From: Octopus sinensis
Taxonomy: Eukaryota
Assembly (NCBI RefSeq): GCF_006345805.1
Contig: NC_043010.1
Span: 62,992,001-63,056,000 of the forward strand
Length of the DNA: 64,000 bases
Reading direction: 5' to 3'
The first letter of the stretch is position 1; each line of letters starts with the position of its first letter. The position numbers were made by a program, and so were the translations under genes. Under the pieces are notes generated by a model. The model ran no database searches and was not told the origin of the DNA. It saw only the letters and a list, made by a program, of their open reading frames with translations. Below are positions 54,035 to 64,000 of the stretch, piece by piece.

Positions 54035-54977
54035 GTCTATGGTCTCTCTTATACCCATCTTCTTGTACCTTAAGTGTATGCTCTGGTACCCTATCACCAT
54101 CATCTTTATGTCCCATCCAGTTGCTCCCAGCCACCCTCACATAATGTGGGACAAGCCATGTATCGCCTCTGTAGCAAGACTCCTGATCCCTCTGTCATAC
54201 TTTAGCCTTCAACACCTGGCACAAAGCCTCTTCCCTTTCTCAAATACACACCCACTCAGTCGAGGGGTCTTTTTTCTCTTTCCTTTTCTTTATTTTGACA
54301 TCCAAGTTACTTGACAACCTCATGAGTGCCAACATTCCAAAAGAAGCACCCGGTAACACTGTTAAATGGTTGGTGTTATGAAGGTCATTCAGCCATGGAA
54401 ACTATGCCAAAGCTGAAAGTTTGGGCTCTGACACATTGCAGTTCATCGAATCCTGTCAAACTGTCAACCCCATGCCAACATGGAAAAGAAATCTTGAATG
54501 ATGAAGATGACATACCAACAGAAAAATAGACCTCTTCTGATCTTATTGGTAAAATAATTCAATAATAATTTCATTGCATGAGGTCTTTGATTACAGGTTA
54601 AAATAGGGCAGAATTCACACAGTGTCTAATATATCTTAATTTAGATGGATGAAGGTAATATTCATAAGTGGGTTTGTAAGAATGTACACACAAAAGTGAA
54701 TTAGATTGACTTGTAGAAGAAAAGTGTTATGGAAAATATACTTATATATATTTTCATGCTTTATAAAACTAATTGTTTAACGTTTGTAAAATCAAAATGT
54801 TTACAAGCAGATTATTAACATCAGTGAAGATAAGTGTAGATAACATTTTTGGTTTCCTGTCGAGGCCAAGCCAAGGGGAAAATTAATTACTAGCAAGAAC
54901 TAAGCTAGGCAACAGAGTAACTACTTGCACACAGGTGAGATTAGAATGGAAATCAGAAGCTCACTAAGTAAATGGGA

Positions 54978-55040
<63 letters not shown>

Positions 55041-58000
55041 GAGGCAGTTTATCCATGGCTGCAGCTGATGTTGGCTTAGAGCAGTACATTCCAAAATGAG
55101 AGATACCACCCACCCCCCGGAGGAAGGGGCAATGGAAAATTTTATATGGATACTGATGACAAAGTGGGCAAGGGTGGGGTGGCAATAGAATTGTCTTTTA
55201 AATGTCCTAATTTTCAAGACTATTTAACATTTTTATACAGTTTTTGATTCCTCTGGTAATATTAGGGGTTAAAAATAAAATGGCAAGTTGGCAGAATCAT
55301 TTCTGTGCTGGACAAAATGCTTACTGGCATTTCATCTCTCATTAGGTTCTGAGTTCAAATTCTGCTGGAGTCGCCTTTGCCTTTTGTCCTTCCCAGGTCA
55401 ATAGAATAAGTGCTAGTTGCATATTGGGGGGGTTGATGTCACCGGCTGAGCCCCTTCCCCCGAAACTGCTGGTCTTGTGCCGAAATTTGAAACCATTATT
55501 ATTAGTGGTTAAAATATTTGACATTTTTCTATATTCATCCTCCTCCTCCTCATCATCATCATCGTTTAACATCTGACTTCCATGCTAGCATGAGTTGGAC
55601 AAAAATACCTGCGTCCCGAAATGACTAAATGATTTATATACAAATAGTCTTTTAATGGTTATCAACTTGTTGGTAGTGATTTATTGTGGTGTATTTAGTT
55701 AGGCTGAGAAAAGGCCTTTGAAAGAGCATTAATAAAAAGATATAAGGCAGTAGCTAATAAAAAGTTTGAGAAGTACTTGCGTAAGAAATGGACTGCAGGT
55801 ATATGTTTAAGTGGAAGGCAGCAAGCTGGCAGAAACGTTAGCACGCTGGGCGAAATGCTTAGCGGTATTTCGTCTGCCGCTACGTTCTGAGTTCAAATTC
55901 CACCGAGGTCGACTTTGCCTTTCATCCTTTCGGTGTCGATAAATTAAGTACCAGTTACATACTGGGGTCGATATAATTGACTTAATCCATTTGTCTGTCC
56001 TCGTTTGTCCCCTCCGTGTTTAGCCCCTTGAGGGTAGTAAAGAAATAGGCATATATTTAAGTAGCTCCTATAAAAAAAAAAAAAAAAACAAAGAAAAGGC
56101 AAAATGGCTTCCAAATAACTAATCTCTGAATGGCTAAAATTTTTAATTAAAACAACACCTGTGACAACGGGGACAGTAAGATATCGTCTGCTTTAGTCCA
56201 CCACAGATGGAAACGTATCAATATTATATTCTTTTATTCTATTGTTCCTTTACTGGTTTCAGCCATTTGACTGTGGTCATGCTGGAGTACCGCCTTTTAG
56301 CGAAAGAAATCGACCCCAGGACTTATACTTTGTAGGCCAGGTGCTTATTCTATCGGTCTCTTTTGCCGAACCGCAAAGTTACGGGGGACATAAACACACC
56401 AGCATCGGTTGTCAAGCGATGAGTGAGTGGACACACACACACACACGACGGGTTTCTTTTCAGTTTCCGTCTACCAAATCCACTCACAAGGCTTTGGTCG
56501 GTCTGGGGCTATAGTAGAAGACACTTGCTCAAGGTGCCATGCAGTGGGACTGAACCTGGAACCATGCGGTTGGTAAGCAAGCTTCTTACCACGAATAGAA
56601 TTGCATGCAAACTTAGACATATACAATCAGATATACATACACACGGCTATATACGCACAACCATTAGATACATTTGTAAACAGGGACTTTCTGTTATGGA
56701 TATACACACATCGACATGTGAATTTGAAGTTTGTGAATTTGGTTAAGTTTCCATGACAGGGAAAGAAAAGGAATCTGACTTAGCCAGATTGTCACTTAGT
56801 GTGTGTGTGTGAGAGAGAGAGAGGGTATTTCTTTATTCACCATAAGGTTGAGAAAAAGAGGGGACAATACGGGGACGCAGGCAGGCAAATAGGACCTGTT
56901 TTGTTGAGTTTTCAGGTGAAAGGACCATCCTTGGCATACGAATTTATCCAAATTAAACTTCGCTGTGTAAATCTTAATTATGTGGTCAATTACCCAAATT
57001 CTGAGAACCTGTGTGTTTTTTTTCCTTGTAGATTCGTATAAACACACATACTCAGATATCTACAGAAGCAGTTACACTCACACACACACACATACACATA
57101 CACACACATGCACACACACACACACATGCAATAAGATGCTCGTACAAATATACACAGACACAAGCGTACGTATATATATATATATATACATACATACATA
57201 CATTGTGTGTCCGTACAAGAATCTGTATATGCGACCAAGGGCCAGTTGTATGTAAGACAACCCAAGTCTTGGCAGTGTTTTAACAACTTTGTGGGGAAGA
57301 TAGGATGTTGGGGGAAAAGTCTTTGAAATATTACATTTAATATATCGATTATTAGTTTAAATTGTTTTTGGATAAAATATTTAAAACAAAAAAAAAAAAA
57401 ACGATAGCCTTTTGGAGACGACACGAGGGATAATTTTATCTGCTAGAAATAACTGTCAAATCTCTTTCAAATCATTCACTAATAGTCTTGGGAAGGACAT
57501 CCGATTGTTGGTCTGCTCAGTCAGGAATGACCTGGGAAGCATCAAGAAGGGACGGAGATAGTCGTACACAGATAGAGATTGATATAAAACTAAGCATCCT
57601 GATTACAATTAATCATCTGTTAAATCAGAAATATTCAATATTCTGACAAAATATCGATAAAAGTCTTAGAAATCTGTAGATAATAAATAATAAAAGTTTA
57701 CAAACGAAAGGATCGCGGAATTTTATTGATTAGGGACTTAATACTATTACACCGTTTGTGGTTTGTTTTATTTTTATTTTTACTCTGTAGGGCGCCTGAG
57801 AAAATAAATTAAGGATTCTCTCTCTCATTCTCCATGTTCCTGCAACTTGGCTTTCTCTCTCGTAGATTTATGCCCTCGCACTGGCTACTGCCACCCTTTT
57901 CCAGTGGTGATTTAGCCCCGATTCATGCTCAACACCCGGATTAAGAAGCAACAAAGGCCCGGGTAAGATTGTCTCTAATCCCAACATTGAAAGCTAATTC

Positions 58001-58676
58001 CGAGGGTGTGCTTGAAAGGAATGGGTTGACGTATGGACGACTGCAGAAACGAATGAATGGCTGGATGGATGGATGGCTTGGTGCATGGTAAGAAGCGGGC
58101 TAATCAGGGTGCTTCTGAAAAAACAAGGGTGCAACATGAATGTTTGTACTCGTATATCTGTTACCCGTATTTCTCCTAAATACCAGTGATTTTATCCTTG
58201 TATATATGTAAATATTCTTCCTCTCCCTGTCACTGAATACATGTTTCCGCCTCTTTTTATCTGTATATCATTCCATCCCTTTATAATATATTTCTGTCTC
58301 TCACTCTCATCATCGCTCTGTTTGGCAATCTCTCTCTCCCTCTTTAGCCATCACTCTATCTTTTCCTAACTCTCTCTCTCTCCTCCGCATCTACCGATCG
58401 TTTGTGTTTTCGTATTGTGTCTATCCATTAGAAATACCTTATCTACGAAAGCATCCATTGTAGACGAACGATCAAAGAAGGTCCCTCGCCTATGCAAACG
58501 ATTTCAATCACTGAACATTCTAGCTTGTGTCCTTATCCTATATACACGTTTACTGAGACACACAAGCCACGCATATATTTATATATACCCGCCCCAATCA
58601 ATCGGTTTTCATTACCATCATCTCACTAGTAACCCGCTCAAAATTTATGATGTAAAGCAGTATTTAATGGACAATA

Positions 58677-58756
<80 letters not shown>

Positions 58757-58962
58757 GTGTGTGTTGTATGTCTATCTCTGTATATATATATATGTGTGTG
58801 TGTGTGAATATATGTATATATTATATGTATACCTATCTATCTACCTGCCTATTTGTGTTTCTCCCTCTCGTCCTCTAGGTAGACAGATAAACATCTACAT
58901 ATGCATATATACATATATTTATACGTATATAAACGCATATGTATGTAAATGTGTGTGTGTAC

Positions 58963-59032
<70 letters not shown>

Positions 59033-59679
59033 GTGTGTGCATAAATATGTGTGAATGTATAGGTGTTTGTGTGTGCATGTATAATAATTTAAATAGTTGT
59101 ACTTCTAAAATGTTATTAAGTCCACTGGTGATGTTTATGCACTATAGAAGCCTTAAGGTCTCTATTTTCTTTCACTAAAGTCTCTCCATGACTTTTAGTT
59201 CCCAAAATCCCAAATCCAAGAACTGTTTCCATTCTAAAGTAATTCTGTTAAATAGTAAAGTTTGAGTTAGAACTCTTAAATAAACAAAAATTTGCCAATT
59301 TTTGCGATGCACAACAGTTTAGGAACGGTCACTCCAGTTGTCAATTGTATTTTGAAATTCTGACACCAAATGTATCAAAAGTGTTTTGTTGGTTATTTTT
59401 TATCATGTCACAGTCCAATTCAGTCTTGCCACTCATCACATCCTGTGATGCACCTTGACACATCATCAGTGATGTTTCCTAGGGTCATTAGGTGTTTTGG
59501 GTCTTTTAACCCTTTTGATACCAACCTGGTTGAAACCAGTTCTGGCGATGATGATGATGATGAATTTGAATAAATAAGCATTACATTTGAGAGGGTTATC
59601 CAAGTGCTGAAGGATTAAACTTGCTGGGAAGATATGACTTGTCCACTGTGGATAGCCAGGCTTCCATTCCTTGTTGGTT

Positions 59680-60120
59680 TCACAGATGGATTCTGTGTCT
59701 CCTCAGGCTGCTATGAAATACTTTTCCCAGGTTCTTCACTGGTCACTCCATGATGGCTGGTTTCTCTACATTACCAACCAAGAAGCTGAGTCTGTTTCCA
59801 ACTCTTCATTTCTGAAGTTAACCAAGCTAGAGATCTGGACTTCACTGGTTTAAAACTCATACAAACCCAAATGATCAACTCTTCAAGGCTCTAAAGGGTC
59901 TTCTGCCCTTCATAATTGATGTTATTATCACAGGTAGTCTATAAAAGCCCCAAATAGGGGGCTGCTGAACACTTGACTTAGTGAGTGGTCCTTGACACTG
60001 AACTTTCACCAAATTTACCAAGATGTTCATTGCAAGCACAAAAAGGGTCACTGAAATGGCACGTCCAATGATAACACCCCTTCTTGAGCTTGTGCCCCTC
60101 TGGTGTTGTTGCAGCAGCAG
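59680..60120 (+). mobile_element. Possible very decayed DIRS-type tyrosine recombinase remnant
   Basis: IASTKRVTEMA resembles the LASA.RVSE motif of DIRS recombinases; the rest is too decayed to align by eye. Confidence 0.25.
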
Positions 60121-61319
60121 GGACTCTCAGAGTGAAGCTGCAGCAATAGTCAAGAATGAGATCTCTGAACTTGGTCCCTATTCAGAGCCCCTTCAACCAG
60201 CTTATGATGTAGTTGTTGTTGTTGTTAAGCAACAAGATGGGTAAGGGGGTGATTAGGTGATGGTCTAGGGTTTAGGGGCAGGAGACCCCAGACCTGGGGG
60301 AAAAAAACAAACTTTGGTCGTCTTGTAGTCGAGGGCTCTTTGTTGACGCCCGACACCACTGAGAGGTGGCCCTTGAAGTCGCTGGAAATGGAGATCTCCA
60401 GGTCCAAACTCTTGAACGGCGCTTATGATGTATGGACTCTTTGGTGTTCACAAGATCCGGCAATAATACTGTTAAATCCCCTTTATTTTCTTAGGCTTCC
60501 TTGGTTAATGAGTTAATCGCACCTGAGTGTTCCAGACACCCTGACACCTTTAGGATTCTTCCTTTCTGAACTGAAATGTCAATTTACAAATTCCTCTGGA
60601 GGTAGTTCATCCGGTGCTTAGCAACAACAGGGCATGAGCTCTTCTCCTTTGATTCCCTTTTTACAGGTGCATGCTTAGAATTGGTCCTTTCACACTGGCC
60701 CTTCTTCCAACATTCACCCACCTTTCAACAAACTTTCCTCTCCACCCTCAACTTCCTTTTCAAGTGAAACTTGAAAAAGTTGATGAGGGCTTGGCCAAAG
60801 AGGAAAGTGCCTGTCTTTAGCCCTTTTAAATGGGTCCACCATATTACCACTTTTGCTGCAGCCACTAGACAAATAATAATAATAATAATAATAATCAGTA
60901 CTGATTGGAACTGCAAGAATTCTTCACAGGGTTCTTGAAGCATGACCAATAGACAAGTGTCACCTTAGTCTGCTTGCTGTGGACAGCTGACACTTTCCAT
61001 CATACCCAGCAATATAAGCTGTGAGCTTTCATCACATAATAATAATAATAATAATAATAATAATTTCTGCTGTAGGCACAAAGCCTGAAATTTGGGGTAG
61101 GGACTAGTCGATTGCATCAACCCCAGTGTTCAATTGGTACTTAATTTATCGAATCTGAAAGGATGAAAGATAAAGCCGACCTTGGTGGAATTTGAACTCA
61201 GTACATAGCAATGGGCGAAATACCACCAGGTATTTCATCCAGTGCACTAACGATCCTGTCAGCTCACCACCTTCATAATAATAATAATAATAATAATGAT
61301 AATAATAATAATAATAATG

Positions 61320-61364
<45 letters not shown>

Positions 61365-61365
<1 letters not shown>

Positions 61366-61632
61366 GATATGACAGGTTAGCTTGTGAGGTTAAGCATTTG
61401 TAGTCGATGAAAAAGGTAGCAGTAGTACCAATAATTGTCGGAGCCCTGGGAACAGTGAGTAAAAATCTAAAGAAGTACGTCGAACAAATAGGGGCTGCAA
61501 TAAGGGTGGAGCACTTGCAGAAAACGGCACTGCTTGGAACCGCTCGAATACTCCGGAAGGTGCTTGAAAAATAAGAGGTGTTACCTTGACACCGTAGTAT
61601 ATCTCCAGGATTAGAAGCTGTACAAAGGCAAT
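61365..61632 (+). mobile_element. Short R4/Dong LINE 3' end, different subfamily
   Basis: VVPIIVGALGTV...LQKTALLGTARILRKVLEK*; (AAT)n flanks. Confidence 0.8.
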
Positions 61633-61633
61633 G

Positions 61634-61673
<40 letters not shown>

Positions 61674-62093
61674 GGACTGATAAAGAAAGGAGCTGAGAAG
61701 TTGTTACGTCGCAATCCTACACAGTGGCTGTGTGAGCTACGAAAATCCTTGTCACCCCTGTTGTGTCGCATGTTCGGATGACCTCTTCTACTCAACTCTG
61801 CTCTTCACCTCCAACTGCTACTCTACTCCACTGCTGATGTCTAGGCTTCTCCCTCTATATCTACATATTGGGCTAGCCTACTTCATCGTCTGGGGGGGGG
61901 GCGTCCACACAACAGAAGCATTTAAGCAACAGCCCATATACTACGGAAAGCACTCTCCAACTAAAATGGAATAAATGTGGTGATAATTTTAGCATGCATA
62001 GCAAAACAAAAGGGCCCTTGCTACACTTGGCCTCTGGAGGACGCCTGGTACTAAGGGGCAGCTGAAATAAAGTTATAATGAAAAGAAACCATA

Positions 62094-62174
<81 letters not shown>

Positions 62175-62175
62175 T

Positions 62176-63310
62176 AAATGCCCTGATGCAGTACCAGGCA
62201 GTGGCTCTCATGGCTTCTGATCTTAACTGATTGGAAGTGTTATCATGTACATTATTTTGTCTTGGTATAAAAGATGGGCTACAGCAAATATTCTGCCCAA
62301 CACCACAGATTTTCTTGTCAGTTGTTTGACCGTAACCAGTTGAGCATGTCCCTTAGTGGCTGACGATATGTGCATCTCTGATCAGGAGCAGAAGTAGTGG
62401 GGGAGCATCATAGCCATGTGTTGAGAGGGATTCTTTGGGGTTTGAATAATTCACCTCTGGAAACATGGGTGGTTCTTTCAACATCCTTAAACAACCCTTA
62501 TTCAGGGACCGTTTGAGCGGGATGGGCTACTCAACCTGAAGAAAATTCTAACTGGGCCCCACCTGCAAGGTCATGTGCTGTTTATCTTGATATGAGATCA
62601 CCATGTCGCGCACATATGGTTGTGATGCATGTGCCTGGTGTACCTTTATCAGACGGGTAGTCATGATGGGTATATTGGGCTTTGTATATTTTACCCCAGT
62701 GTCACTTTGATGGCATGAACTGCTCTCTCACTCAATAATAATAATAAATAATAAATGCCCTGATGCAGTACCAGGCAGTGGCTCTCATGGCTTCTGATCT
62801 TAACTGATTGGAAGTGTTATCATGTACATTGTTTTGTCTTGGTATAAAAGATGGGCTACAGCAAATATTCTGCCCAACACCACAGATTTTCTTGTCAGTT
62901 GTTTGACCTTAACCAGTTGAGCATGTCCCTTAGTGGCTGACGATATGTGCATCTCTGATCAGGAGCAGAAGTAGTGGGGGAGCATCATAGCCATGTGTTG
63001 AGAGGGATTCTTTGGGGTTTGAATAATTCACCTCTGGAAACATGGGTGGTTCTTTCAACATCCTTAAACAACCCTTATTCAGGGACCTTTTGAGCGGGAT
63101 GGGCTACTCAATCTGAAAAAAATTCTAACTGGGCCCCACCTGCAAGGTCATGTGCTGTTTATCTTGATATGAGATCACCATGTCGCGCACATATGGTTGT
63201 GATGCATGTGCCTGGTGTACTCTTATCAGGCGGGTAGTCATGATGGGTATACTGGGCTTCGTATATTTTACCCCAGTGTCACTTTGATGGCATGAACTGC
63301 TCTCTCACTC
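62176..63310. mobile_element. Two tandem copies (62176-62733, 62753-63310) of the 560-bp (TAA)n-flanked element
   Basis: Both run AAATGCCCTGATGCAG...CTCTCTCACTC, separated by (AAT)n, with several point differences. Confidence 0.9.
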
Positions 63311-63636
63311 AATAATAATAATAATAATAATAATATATTTCTTTACTACCCACAAGGGGCTAAACATAGAGGGGACAAACAAGGACAGACAAAGGGATTA
63401 AGTCGATTACATCGACCCCAGTGCAAAACTGGTACTTTATTTATCGACCCCAGTGCAAAACTGGTACTTTATTTATCGACCCCGAAAGGATGAAAGGCAA
63501 AGTTCAACCTCGGCAGAATTTGAACTCAGAACGTAACAACAGACGAAATACCGCTAAGCATTTCGCCCAGTGCACTAACGTTTTTGCCAGCTCGCCGCCT
63601 GGTAAAAACTGTTAAGTTTTTTTAATAATAATAATG

Positions 63637-63672
<36 letters not shown>

Positions 63673-63673
63673 T

Positions 63674-64000
63674 CTGTCAAGACCTACCAAAAACTGAGCA
63701 AATATAAAGATCTTGAAATAGAAATCAGCAAAATGTGGAAGCTGAAGACTAAAACAATACCTGTTGTCATAGGTGTCCTGGGAATGATAGCGAAAGGGAC
63801 TGATTGCTACCTAACTCAGATACCAGGAAACCCCAAAATGGCAGAAATTCAAAAGATAGTGCTCATGGGAACTGCTCATATCCTACGCAAAATACTCTCT
63901 ATGTAATCCCAAGGTTTAAAACAAACTTTAAAAAATTTTTTTTTTTATGTATTAGACATTCACTAGTACAACCCCCCCCCCCCCAAAAAAAAATATATGG
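63674..64000 (+). mobile_element. R4/Dong LINE 3' end, runs off window
   Basis: KLSKYKDLEIEISKMW...PVVIGVLG...VLMGTAHILRKILSM* after (AAT)n. A probable 3'UTR remnant of the same family lies at about 17330-17450. Confidence 0.82.

Overview
Repeat-rich eukaryotic DNA, most likely octopus/coleoid cephalopod (inferred from the SINE families, extreme (TA)n/(TAA)n/(CA)n load and a C2H2 zinc-finger gene with N/Q/H runs). One host gene is supportable: a six-finger C2H2 protein on the minus strand (main exon 31292-32372). A candidate upstream exon (45576-46107) would create its ATG only on splicing (AT|G) across a 13.2-kb intron. The rest is mostly mobile-element debris: R4/Dong-type LINE 3' ends in (TAA)n, Tx1, RTE and CR1-group fragments, tRNA-derived SINEs, and mariner, Tc1, hAT and piggyBac MITEs. 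The most unusual signal is a set of Penelope-like-element (PLE) derived, hammerhead-ribozyme-bearing repeats. It includes a tRNA-headed SINE with a minimal hammerhead, an inverted 5' tail and target-site duplications (two copies), and a PLE terminal repeat with a canonical hammerhead core, leader intron and ORF start. Nearly all other ORFs in the track are microsatellite or repeat artefacts. All calls were made by eye; no searches or folding programs were run.
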